DNA from: Thermodesulfobacteriota bacterium
GTDB lineage: Bacteria; Desulfobacterota; Desulfomonilia; UBA1062
Assembly (NCBI GenBank): GCA_036834365.1
Contig: DAITOA010000001.1
Span: 15,892-79,891 of the forward strand
DNA length: 64,000 nucleotides
Direction: 5' to 3'
A program made the position numbers and the translations under genes. The notes beneath the pieces are model-generated. The model was not told where the DNA came from, searched no databases, and worked only from the letters and a program-made list of their open reading frames with translations. Below are positions 38,484 to 47,972 of the stretch, piece by piece (position 1 is the first letter of the stretch; each line of letters opens with the position of its first letter).

Positions 38484-39815
38484 GTGTCCATGGATCTTTC
38501 AGAGACTATGGAAAGGGCGCTCACGCTCCTGAAAAAGAAATCAATCAGTGATTTCGAAGTGTTCGGTATTGCGTCCGATACCATTCGTGCCGAGGCCAAG
38601 AAGGGAGAGGTGGACTTCCTCACCAGGTCCAGTGAAACGGGCATCAGCCTCAGGGTGCTCACGGAAGGAGGGATGGGCTTTTCCTATGGGAGAGAGGCGG
38701 ACGAGGGGCTCATCGATGCAGCCGTCACCTCGGCGAGATATCAGTTCAAGGATGAGCACAATCTTTTCCCCGTTCCCCAGGGACAATATCCTGCTTCCGA
38801 TGCCTTTGACCCCGTCATAGCAGCCCTGGACCCCGATGGATGCAATCAACGGGCCGTGCTGCTCGAGCAAGCCGCCCGGGATGCGGACCCGAGGGTGGAG
38901 CATATCAGGAAGGCTTCCTTCTCACGATCGTGTTCTCAGGTGCGCATCCTCAACTCACACGGCATAAGCTCGCGGTTCGATGTCTCCTCGGTATCCGCGT
39001 CGCTCATGGTGACCGTCAGGCAGGAGGGCGATGTGCAATCGGGATACGACTTCGACTTCAGCCATGACCTGGCCGCATTCGACGTGGAGAGGGTGGGAAG
39101 ATCCGCCGTAGAGCATGCCGCAAGGCTCCTGGGAGCCAGGCAGCTCAGGACGGGCAGGGTGCCCGTGCTCTTTGACAGGGAAACCACGGCCGAGATCATG
39201 GAATTCATCGCAGACTCCTTCCTGGGAGAGAACGTTATCAAGGGAAAGTCGGCATTAAAGGACAAAATGGGAAAAACCTGCTTCTCGGATTGCATCACCA
39301 TATCGGACAACCCCATGGACAGGAGGGCTGCGGATGCATGTCCCTTCGACGGGGAGGGAGTTCCATCGAGTAGGACGGACCTGGTCAAAGACGGAACGGT
39401 CCTCGCCTATCTTTATGATTCCTACTGGGCACACCGGGCCGGTACGGTCTCCACCGGCAATTCGGTGCGGGGAGGGTACCGTTCATGGCCTTCCCTGGGC
39501 ATCAGGCATCTCTGCCTTGAGTCTTCCTGCAGGCCCGTATCCGAAATCATGGCAGACCTGCCCGTGGTCCTGAAGGTCACGGACATTATGGGCATGCATA
39601 CGGCGAACCCCATCACGGGAGAGATCTCCGTCGGGATAAACGGTATTCTGCTGAAAAACGGCGAGCAGGCGTTTCCCGTCCGAGAGGCCGCCCTGTCGGG
39701 CAACGTCTATGAGATGCTCGGGCGCGTGCTGGCCGTGGGGGACGAACCCAGGGGATTCGGGCATGTGCTCTGTCCGTCGATGCTTGTCGATGCAGTGGAT
39801 ATCAGTTCCCAGTGA
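38484..39815 (+). CDS. TldD/PmbA-family metalloprotease
   Basis: 443 aa, PmbA/TldD fold. Starts 3 nt after the GNAT stop. Confidence 0.8.
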   Translation: MSMDLSETMERALTLLKKKSISDFEVFGIASDTIRAEAKKGEVDFLTRSSETGISLRVLTEGGMGFSYGREADEGLIDAAVTSARYQFKDEHNLFPVPQGQYPASDAFDPVIAALDPDGCNQRAVLLEQAARDADPRVEHIRKASFSRSCSQVRILNSHGISSRFDVSSVSASLMVTVRQEGDVQSGYDFDFSHDLAAFDVERVGRSAVEHAARLLGARQLRTGRVPVLFDRETTAEIMEFIADSFLGENVIKGKSALKDKMGKTCFSDCITISDNPMDRRAADACPFDGEGVPSSRTDLVKDGTVLAYLYDSYWAHRAGTVSTGNSVRGGYRSWPSLGIRHLCLESSCRPVSEIMADLPVVLKVTDIMGMHTANPITGEISVGINGILLKNGEQAFPVREAALSGNVYEMLGRVLAVGDEPRGFGHVLCPSMLVDAVDISSQ

Positions 39816-39925
39816 TCCTCCCCTCTATCCCGGTGACGGGGCAAGATACCTGTTGAAATGGAGCGGATGCTATTCTATGTATCTAGCCTGGACATGTTTC
39901 ACTAGAAAGGCAGAGGCCCTTACCT

Positions 39926-42556
39926 ATGTTTGAATGGCTGATCAAGATATTCGGCAGTAGGAACGAACGCGAGCTCAAGCTTCTCAGTCCGCTGGTGGAC
40001 AAGGTGAATTCCTTTGAGGATGCCATGCGGGCCCGGACCGATGCAGATCTCAAGGCCATGACGCCATATTTCAAGGAAAAGCTCGATGCGGGCGCGAGCC
40101 TTGACGACATCCTTCCCGAGGCCTTTGCCACGGTCAGGGAGGTTTCCCGGCGGACGCTGAGTATGAGGCCCTTTGACGTACAGCTCCTGGGCGGCATGGT
40201 GCTCCACCAGGGCAAGGTCTCGGAGATGAAGACCGGCGAAGGAAAGACCCTGGTCGCCACCATGCCCGTGTACCTGAATGCCCTGGCCGGCAGGGGAGTG
40301 CACGTGGTGACGGTGAACGATTACCTCGCCAGGCGCGATGCCGAATGGATGGGCACCATCTATCGTTTCCTCGGACTTGACGTGGGCATCATCATCCATG
40401 GCCTGGACGATGCCCAGCGCAAGAAAAATTATCAGGCAGACATCACGTATGGAACCAACAACGAATTCGGTTTCGACTTCCTGCGGGACAACATGAAGTT
40501 CGCATTTGCCGATTACGTGCAGAGGGACTTCTACTATGCCATCGTGGACGAGGTGGACTCCATCCTCATCGACGAGGCGAGGACCCCGCTCATCATTTCG
40601 GGACCTGCCGAGGAATCCACGTCGAAATACTATGATGCCAACAATGCCGTCATAGACCTCCTGCGCCGGAGCAATGCGGAGGATATGTACACAAAGGACG
40701 AGAAGGCGAACAGCGTGATGCTCACCGAGGAGGGGGTAGAATTCCTCCAGAGGCGGCTCGGCAAGGACAACCTCTACGACCCCGGCGAATTCGAGACCGT
40801 CCACCATCTCAATCAGGCGCTGCGGGCCCACCTGCTCTTCTCCCGGGATGTCCATTACGTGGTCAAGGAGGGCGAGGTGGTCATCGTGGACGAGTTCACC
40901 GGCAGGCTCATGCCGGGGAGGCGCTATTCCGAAGGTCTCCACCAGGCTCTCGAGGCCAAGGAGGGCGTGAAGGTCGCCAACGAGAATCAGACCCTGGCAT
41001 CCATCACCTTCCAGAACTATTTCCGCATGTATGAAAAGCTTGCCGGTATGACCGGAACCGCCGAGACCGAGGCACTGGAATTGAAGAACATCTACGGTCT
41101 CGATGTCATGGTGATACCGACCAACCTGAACATGATCAGGAAAGACCACCCGGATGTGATCTACAAGACCGAGAAGGAGAAGTACAAGGCTGTGGTCAGC
41201 CAGATCGCCGCTTGTCATGAGAAGGGCCAGCCCGTGCTGGTGGGCACGAGCTCCATCGAGAACTCCGAGAAGGTGTCGAGCCTGCTCAAGCGCAAGGGCG
41301 TACCGCACAATGTCCTCAATGCCAAACATCACGAGCGTGAGGCCGAGATCGTGGCCCAGGCCGGCAGGAAAGGGGCGGTCACCATTGCCACCAACATGGC
41401 GGGCAGGGGCACCGACATCAAACTCGGTGGAAACCCCGAGTTTCTCACCAGGCAGCGCATGACTCCCGAAGACGAGGGATATGGAGAAACCCTGAATAAA
41501 TTCAGCGTTCAATGTGATAAAGAGCACCAGGAGGTGGTGGATGCCGGCGGCCTGTTCATCCTGGGAACTGAGCGGCATGAGAGCAGGCGTATCGACAACC
41601 AGCTCAGGGGGAGGTCGGGAAGACAGGGCGACCCCGGTGAATCACGTTTCTACCTGAGCCTTGAGGACAACCTCATGCGGATCTTCGGCTCCGAGCGCAT
41701 CGCTACGATCATGGACAAACTCGGCGTCCAGGAAGACGAACCCATCGAGCACAACCTCATCAGCAAGAGCATCGAAGGGGCCCAGAAAAAGGTCGAAGGA
41801 AGGAACTTCGAAATACGCAAGCACCTCCTCGAATACGACGACGTCATGAACAAGCAGCGGGAGGTGGTCTATACCGAGCGACGGAGAATCCTGTCCGAAG
41901 AGGATCTCAAGAGCGTGGTGGAAGAGATGCTCGACGAGGTGCTCAACGAGGCCGTCGAGACCTATATCCCCCGGAAGGGTTCCACTGATGCATGGGATGT
42001 CGAAGGGTTCAAGGCCTGGGTGAAGAACACCTTCGACCTGGGCATCGAAGTATCCGTGGATAAGGGCTCCGACCGGGAGGAACTCTACCGCAAGATTCGT
42101 ACGAACGTCATGGATTACTACAACATGAGGGAGAATGAGTTCTCTTCCGAGGTGATGCGCATGGTGGAGCGACATTTTCTCCTGCTCACCCTGGACACCC
42201 TCTGGAAGGACCACCTCCTCTCCATGGACCACCTCAAGGACGGCATCGGACTTCGCGGCTACGGCCAGAAGAATCCCCTGCGGGAGTACCAACGGGAGGG
42301 ATTCGACATGTTCCTGAACACCCTTGCCCGCGTGCGGGAGCTTTCCCTGGAGAGGCTCTTCAAAGTACAGATCCAGCGCCAGGAGGACGTGGAGAAGGTC
42401 TCCCAGCAGGAGCGCAAGCAACGCATGCACATGGGCAGGGGGCCTGCCGACAAGGCTCCCACGGTCAAGAGGGAAGGCAAGAAGGTCGGCAGGAACGACC
42501 CGTGCCCCTGCGGATCGGGCAAGAAATACAAGCAGTGCTGCGGGGCAGGGGCATGA
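39926..42556 (+). CDS. secA: Preprotein translocase ATPase SecA
   Basis: 876 aa. DEAD-like motor domain. C-terminal Zn finger [14 protein letters not shown]. Confidence 0.95.
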   Translation: MFEWLIKIFGSRNERELKLLSPLVDKVNSFEDAMRARTDADLKAMTPYFKEKLDAGASLDDILPEAFATVREVSRRTLSMRPFDVQLLGGMVLHQGKVSEMKTGEGKTLVATMPVYLNALAGRGVHVVTVNDYLARRDAEWMGTIYRFLGLDVGIIIHGLDDAQRKKNYQADITYGTNNEFGFDFLRDNMKFAFADYVQRDFYYAIVDEVDSILIDEARTPLIISGPAEESTSKYYDANNAVIDLLRRSNAEDMYTKDEKANSVMLTEEGVEFLQRRLGKDNLYDPGEFETVHHLNQALRAHLLFSRDVHYVVKEGEVVIVDEFTGRLMPGRRYSEGLHQALEAKEGVKVANENQTLASITFQNYFRMYEKLAGMTGTAETEALELKNIYGLDVMVIPTNLNMIRKDHPDVIYKTEKEKYKAVVSQIAACHEKGQPVLVGTSSIENSEKVSSLLKRKGVPHNVLNAKHHEREAEIVAQAGRKGAVTIATNMAGRGTDIKLGGNPEFLTRQRMTPEDEGYGETLNKFSVQCDKEHQEVVDAGGLFILGTERHESRRIDNQLRGRSGRQGDPGESRFYLSLEDNLMRIFGSERIATIMDKLGVQEDEPIEHNLISKSIEGAQKKVEGRNFEIRKHLLEYDDVMNKQREVVYTERRRILSEEDLKSVVEEMLDEVLNEAVETYIPRKGSTDAWDVEGFKAWVKNTFDLGIEVSVDKGSDREELYRKIRTNVMDYYNMRENEFSSEVMRMVERHFLLLTLDTLWKDHLLSMDHLKDGIGLRGYGQKNPLREYQREGFDMFLNTLARVRELSLERLFKVQIQRQEDVEKVSQQERKQRMHMGRGPADKAPTVKREGKKVGRNDPCPCGSGKKYKQCCGAGA

Positions 42557-43701
42557 TACCCAAAGGTTTTTCCTTTTCCGCCATCAATGCAGGGATCAAA
42601 TCTCCCGACTACACCGGCCTCGATCTTGGGCTCATCGCAAGCTCCTCGGAGTGCGTGCTGTCGGGAGTCTTCACGCGGAACCTGGTGAAGGCTGCACCGG
42701 TGGTGATCGGCATGGAGCAGGTAAAGCGCGGAAGCGTCCGGGCCGTTCTCGCCAATGCCGGCAACGCCAATGCCTGCACCGGCAATGTCGGGCTGGCCCA
42801 CGCCAGGGCTATGATGGAGGCTGTGGCAAAGGAGCTCGGGATCGAGCCCGGTGATGTCGTTCCCATGTCCACGGGAACCATCGGCGTGTCCATGCCGACG
42901 GAGCGCATTATTCCCGAGATGCCCCGACTCGTCAAAGGCCTGTCGCAGGATGCAGAATCCTTTGCCCGGGCCATCATGACCACCGACACCTTCCCGAAGA
43001 TGGTATCAAGACGGGTAGGGGAGGCATGCGTCCTTGGCTTTGCCAAGGGTGCCGGCATGATCGCTCCGAACATGGCGACAACCCTGGCCGTGGTCCTCAC
43101 CGATGCAATAATTACCAAACAACAACTTGATATTATTATAAAAAAAACCATAACATACACCTTCAATGCCATCACCATCGATGGGGACATGTCCACCAAC
43201 GACACCTTGCTGGCACTGTCTTCGGGGCTCGTCAAGGCAGACGCATACGAGCTCGACCGTGCAATGGACGAAGTCATAGGAGAACTCGCCCGGATGATCG
43301 TAAAGGACGGTGAAGGCGCCACCAAATTCGTTACCATAAAGGTTGCAGGCACGGAAAACGATCGGGATGCCAGGACCGTCGCCATGGCGGTGGCCAACTC
43401 TCCGCTCGTCAAGACGGCGCTCTTCGGAGCTGACCCGAACTGGGGAAGGATCGTGGCCGCCGTCGGATATGCGGGTGTCGATATTGATCCTCGTGAGATC
43501 GCGGTGAAGATCCAGGGGTTGGATGTGGTGGACAGCGGTCTCCAGGCAAAGGCATTCACTGAGGATTCCCTGCACCGGGCACTGCTGGAAAACGAGATCA
43601 CCATGGAAATTACCGTGGGACCGGGACAGGGGTGTTTCACTGTCTGGACCACGGACCTGTCCTATAAATACGTGGAGATCAACGCCCAGTACCGGACCTG
43701 A
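42553..43701 (+). CDS. argJ: Bifunctional ornithine acetyltransferase / N-acetylglutamate synthase ArgJ
   Basis: Autoproteolytic site context ...[11 protein letters not shown]. About 382 aa from Met 42553 (ATGA overlap with secA). Confidence 0.9.
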   Translation: MIPKGFSFSAINAGIKSPDYTGLDLGLIASSSECVLSGVFTRNLVKAAPVVIGMEQVKRGSVRAVLANAGNANACTGNVGLAHARAMMEAVAKELGIEPGDVVPMSTGTIGVSMPTERIIPEMPRLVKGLSQDAESFARAIMTTDTFPKMVSRRVGEACVLGFAKGAGMIAPNMATTLAVVLTDAIITKQQLDIIIKKTITYTFNAITIDGDMSTNDTLLALSSGLVKADAYELDRAMDEVIGELARMIVKDGEGATKFVTIKVAGTENDRDARTVAMAVANSPLVKTALFGADPNWGRIVAAVGYAGVDIDPREIAVKIQGLDVVDSGLQAKAFTEDSLHRALLENEITMEITVGPGQGCFTVWTTDLSYKYVEINAQYRT

Positions 43702-44086
43702 CGGATATATCATATTGCCTTTGTAATTCAATCGGAAATGGCGGAGCATTAATAAGGCCGATAATATATGTTATGTTAAATAATAAATCCGGCGATCTGC
43801 CCCTCCATTCGCTTTCGATATAAAACCTTGGACGCTGAGGGCGGACAATATCCATGTCCCCCATGTCCGACCATAACGGAATGTTCTGCATAAACGATCC
43901 GACATTCCCTCCCCCCTTGTCGAAAACCCGGAAATCACCATTGGAGCTGTTATATGACATTCCGGGGATGATGGAACACCTTGCCTCCTCCCAGGGAATG
44001 CATTGTGGGCCAAATAGCGAAGAAAACCTGTGAGACGGCTACTGAAGCCAATATACGGGTATCTGGAGTGAAAGAGACGAAAAAAG

Positions 44087-45178
44087 TCAGATGCTCCCTG
44101 AAATGGAACGGTCAATGATCTCGTCCACAAGGGCCTGAACCTTCGGCGGCAGACCCTGGATCTTGATGTCGAGAAAACCCCGGATGATCAGAGAGCGTGC
44201 CTGGTCCTCCGTGAGGCCCCTGGTCATGAGGTAGCTGAGTTCCTCATCCGAAATCCTCCCGATGGCGGCCTCGTGGGACAGGTTAATGTCGGGGTGTTCG
44301 CCCCGCAACTCGGGGACAGAGTGGATGACGCCCTTTTCATTGAGAAGCAGACCGCTGCATTCCATATGGCCGATAGATCCTTTCGTGTTTCCTGAGATCA
44401 TCTGGCGGGAGATAACGGTGCCGCCCTCGGACACTACCCGGCTGATGATCTCACCGCCCGCACCGTCCCCCTCGAGCACAGTCTTTGCACCGGTGTCGAA
44501 ACAGGATGCCTCTCGAGCATAAATAATAGAATAAAAACGAGCTGTTGCATGGGGCTTAACAAAGGCCGTGGGGTAGGAAACGATTTTCTTTACCGAGGTC
44601 ATGGCAACATAGTTCGAAAGGTATTGAGCACCCTCTTCCACCATGGCCGCACCGACCGGGAATACCTCCATGTCCTTTCCCCAGTTGTGGAGCATGGTGT
44701 AACCGAGGCTGGAATCCCTGCACAGGTATGTCTCGGTGATTCCGATATGCCTTCCCGTGTGACATCCTGATGCCGTCGTGCATCCGTTCACGATGTTGAG
44801 CATCGCGCCAGGCCTGAGCTCGATGATGTTATGGATGATCTGCACAGGATCGGTGCCACCGAAGAGGAAGGCCGCCTGCATCGGTTCCTCGATCCGGACC
44901 CCTTCGTCCACGAGCACATAGTATCCCACCGGCTCGGAGCTGGCGGCCAGCCGGGTGAATTCGTTCCTTTCCCTATCCACGAGGTGAAAGAAGAGCCGGT
45001 CTTTTACATGGGGATACCGTTCAAAGGCCTCGTCCAGGGGGATGACATGCAATCCTTTTATTTTGCTGGTCTTCTCAAGGATCGTATGGTCGAGAACCAT
45101 GAAGGTGCCGCAGCTCGCAGCGCAGGAGTCGTAACCGATGGTGAGCAGTCTGTCGGAGTCAATGGCCTGCATGTTCAT
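44087..45178 (-). CDS. sufD: Fe-S cluster assembly protein SufD/SufB family
   Basis: About 363 aa from MNMQAID (ATGA overlap with sufC stop). SufBD beta-helix family. Confidence 0.7.
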   Translation of the reverse strand: MNMQAIDSDRLLTIGYDSCAASCGTFMVLDHTILEKTSKIKGLHVIPLDEAFERYPHVKDRLFFHLVDRERNEFTRLAASSEPVGYYVLVDEGVRIEEPMQAAFLFGGTDPVQIIHNIIELRPGAMLNIVNGCTTASGCHTGRHIGITETYLCRDSSLGYTMLHNWGKDMEVFPVGAAMVEEGAQYLSNYVAMTSVKKIVSYPTAFVKPHATARFYSIIYAREASCFDTGAKTVLEGDGAGGEIISRVVSEGGTVISRQMISGNTKGSIGHMECSGLLLNEKGVIHSVPELRGEHPDINLSHEAAIGRISDEELSYLMTRGLTEDQARSLIIRGFLDIKIQGLPPKVQALVDEIIDRSISGSI

Positions 45179-45939
45179 AGATCCTCCACGCACATGTCGC
45201 GATACTTCTCGGCGAAGCAGGTTCCGCACTGTTTGTAGCCATGAGTCTTGATCTCGTCGAAGATATCACCGGGAGCCCCGCATCCGAGGACATGTCCGTC
45301 CATGATGACAAAGGCGATGTCTGCCTTGATGTAGTCGAGGATGAAACCGGTATGGGTTATCATGATGGCCGAACGGCCCCTTTTGGAGATGGGCTTTTCT
45401 TTTTCAAGCAAAATGCGCAGGGCGTGGGCAATGACCGAGATGTTCTCGATATCCACGCCGGATTCAGGCTCATCCAGAAGCAGTAGGTCGGGCATCTGGA
45501 TCATGAGCTGAAGGATCTCCGAGCGCTTCCGTTCTCCCCCGGAGAAGCCCACGTTGATGTCCCGGCCGAGGTAGCTCGTCATATTGAGGAGATCCGCATG
45601 ACTCCGGACAAGGTCTTGGTCGCCGCTCAGATTTTTCAAAAGGGTCTCGAGCCGCACACCCTTGACGGCTGGCGGATACTGGAATGCCATGCCGATTCCC
45701 ATCCGGGAGCGTTCATCAACAGGCATGTCCTTGATACTCATGCCCTTGAACAGGATGTCGCCCTGGGTGATGATGAAGCCGGGGAGGCCTGCAATAGCTC
45801 CGAGGAGCGTACTTTTTCCCGATCCGTTGGGTCCGAAGATGATGGCCGTCCTTCCCGTCTCAACCGTGAGGTCCACCCCCTTGAGGATTTCCTTTCCGCC
45901 GGCGGACACATGAAGATCGCGTATCTCCAAGAAATTCAT
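45175..45939 (-). CDS. sufC: Fe-S cluster assembly ATPase SufC
   Basis: 254 aa, Walker A GPNGSGKSTL, ABC signature FSGGERKR, Walker B LLLDEPESG. Confidence 0.9.
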   Translation of the reverse strand: MNFLEIRDLHVSAGGKEILKGVDLTVETGRTAIIFGPNGSGKSTLLGAIAGLPGFIITQGDILFKGMSIKDMPVDERSRMGIGMAFQYPPAVKGVRLETLLKNLSGDQDLVRSHADLLNMTSYLGRDINVGFSGGERKRSEILQLMIQMPDLLLLDEPESGVDIENISVIAHALRILLEKEKPISKRGRSAIMITHTGFILDYIKADIAFVIMDGHVLGCGAPGDIFDEIKTHGYKQCGTCFAEKYRDMCVEDL

Positions 45940-46148
45940 ACCGTATCTCCAGGTGATGTGATATGTTCACGAATCAGGTCCTTGTTATTGATGATGAACT
46001 TCGAGAAGTCAAGGAGTTCATGGTATTGAATCATGACGGAAGGATGTGTTCGGCACCCTGTGAACTCCCCTCCCCTTGTCCTTCACCGTTGCGGGGGAGA
46101 TCTTCCAGTGGTGGCAGGTGCAGGAACGGGCAACCGGATTGACACGAT

Positions 46149-47321
46149 ATGGATACCTATGACGTGATCATAGCAGGATGTGGACCGGCAGGTGCCACTG
46201 CAGGGTTCATTCTCGCAAGGGCCGGCCTTTCCGTGGCCATCGTCGACCGACACGTCTTCCCCCGGACCAAACTCTGCGGCGGGATGCTGCCGCTCAAGAC
46301 CATGGGCCTGGTTGAAAGGATCTTCGGTGTGAACCGGGAAACCCTCCTTGAGCACGGGATCGTAAACTACACCTCATACGGGTACAAGATCTTTTTCAGG
46401 AAGAACCTGCTCGTTCACAGGACCGCTCACTACCCGTTCTCGTTTGTGAACAGGGATGACTACGATCATTTTCTGATGGATCAAGCCCGATCACAGGGTG
46501 CCCATATCCGCCAGGGGGACAGGGTGAACCGCGTCGATCCCGCAGGAGGGGTGCTGCAGACCGAATCGGGCAGGCGTTACAGTGCGCGGTTCATCATCGG
46601 AGCAGACGGCGTCAACAGTGTAGTCAGGAGGTGTTTCCCCACAGAGAGGGCCAAGCACTGGGTGCATGACCTCGCAGCTGCCCTGGAGGTTTTCGTTCCC
46701 CGTTCGGTTGCCTCCCGGGATGTCGAGTTCCCCATGGTCCACCTCGGTTATGTGAACTGGGGTTATGGGTGGGTATTCCCGAACAGGGATCGGATCATCA
46801 TCGGACTGGGTGGGCTCCCCGAGAAGAACGGCAAGAGGTTCAAGCAATTGTTGCATGGCTACCTGTCGAACCTCGACCTCGTCGAACCTGACGTGATGGG
46901 AGAGTTCAATGTCCATGGACACGCTATCCCCTATGGCAATCTGATCAGAAGGCCGGTGTACCATAAGGTAGTCCTGGTGGGAGATGCGGCAGGGCTTGCG
47001 GACCCCATCACCGGCGAAGGAATCTACTATGCCCATAGGAGTGCGGAGATAGCGGCGGTGAGCATTCTTCACGCACTGAGGGAGGGGGTCTCCCTTGAAG
47101 AGACATGTTTGAAGCTCCTGCGGCGGATCATCTTCCCCGACCTTCTCTGTGCCCGGTGGCTGCGCTTACCGGTTTTCCACGCCCTGAGGATATGCCCCCC
47201 TTCGCTGATCAGGCGGTTCGTGGATCGGGGAGACACGAGGGCCCTGCAGGTCATTCATGGGCTCAGGCCGTACCCGTTCAACTTCAGGTCCCGGGAAATG
47301 CATGGGGATATTCAAGTATAA
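46149..47321 (+). CDS. Geranylgeranyl reductase family FAD-dependent oxidoreductase
   Basis: MDTYDVIIAGCGPAGATAGFILARAGLSVAIVDR (Rossmann GxGxxG) plus GDAAG motif. Confidence 0.7.
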   Translation: MDTYDVIIAGCGPAGATAGFILARAGLSVAIVDRHVFPRTKLCGGMLPLKTMGLVERIFGVNRETLLEHGIVNYTSYGYKIFFRKNLLVHRTAHYPFSFVNRDDYDHFLMDQARSQGAHIRQGDRVNRVDPAGGVLQTESGRRYSARFIIGADGVNSVVRRCFPTERAKHWVHDLAAALEVFVPRSVASRDVEFPMVHLGYVNWGYGWVFPNRDRIIIGLGGLPEKNGKRFKQLLHGYLSNLDLVEPDVMGEFNVHGHAIPYGNLIRRPVYHKVVLVGDAAGLADPITGEGIYYAHRSAEIAAVSILHALREGVSLEETCLKLLRRIIFPDLLCARWLRLPVFHALRICPPSLIRRFVDRGDTRALQVIHGLRPYPFNFRSREMHGDIQV

Positions 47322-47353
47322 GGGCAGTGGCTTCTGGACCCAGGGAGGTATTC

Positions 47354-47929
47354 ATGAGGATTGTTGAGAGCATGCTTTTTGAAAGACCCGGCCGGCAAAA
47401 CACGGACGACTGCATCGAAGCGGTGAGGCAGTATGTGGAAGGGCATGGTGAGACCCATGTGGTGGTGGCCTCCACCACAGGTACCACTGCCATGGCTTTC
47501 TGCCGGGCTCTCAGCGCCACCAGGGTAAGGCTCGTGGTAGTTACCCACAGTGTGGGGTTCAAGGAGCCGAACAGGGACGAGTTCGACCCGGAGGCGCGGA
47601 GGTTTCTGGCAGCCGAGGACATTCCCATCCATACCGGAACCATCCTGACCCATGCGCTGGAGAAATCCTTTATGGACGACTTCCACGGAGTCTATCCCGG
47701 TGCCATCATCGCAACTACCCTGCGCCGGTTCGGTGAGGGCACCAAGGTGGCCCTGGAGATCGTCATGGAGGCATGCGATGCGGGCCTTGTCCCCGAGGAT
47801 GGTGAGGTGCTCGCCGCGGCAGGCACCGGTTACGGCGCTGACACGGTGCTGCTCGTCAAGGCCAAACCGTCCAAGCGCTTCGGCAAGCTCGAGGTCCTGG
47901 AGATCCTTGCACGCCCCCGGGGGAGATGA
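47354..47929 (+). CDS. Hypothetical protein (possibly pyruvate-kinase C-terminal alpha/beta-domain-like)
   Basis: About 191 aa from internal ATG 47354. No strong motif recognised. Confidence 0.35.
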   Translation: MRIVESMLFERPGRQNTDDCIEAVRQYVEGHGETHVVVASTTGTTAMAFCRALSATRVRLVVVTHSVGFKEPNRDEFDPEARRFLAAEDIPIHTGTILTHALEKSFMDDFHGVYPGAIIATTLRRFGEGTKVALEIVMEACDAGLVPEDGEVLAAAGTGYGADTVLLVKAKPSKRFGKLEVLEILARPRGR

Positions 47930-47972
47930 TATCACCCTGGCCGGTATAAAGCAGAGGGTGCCTTGATCCGGA

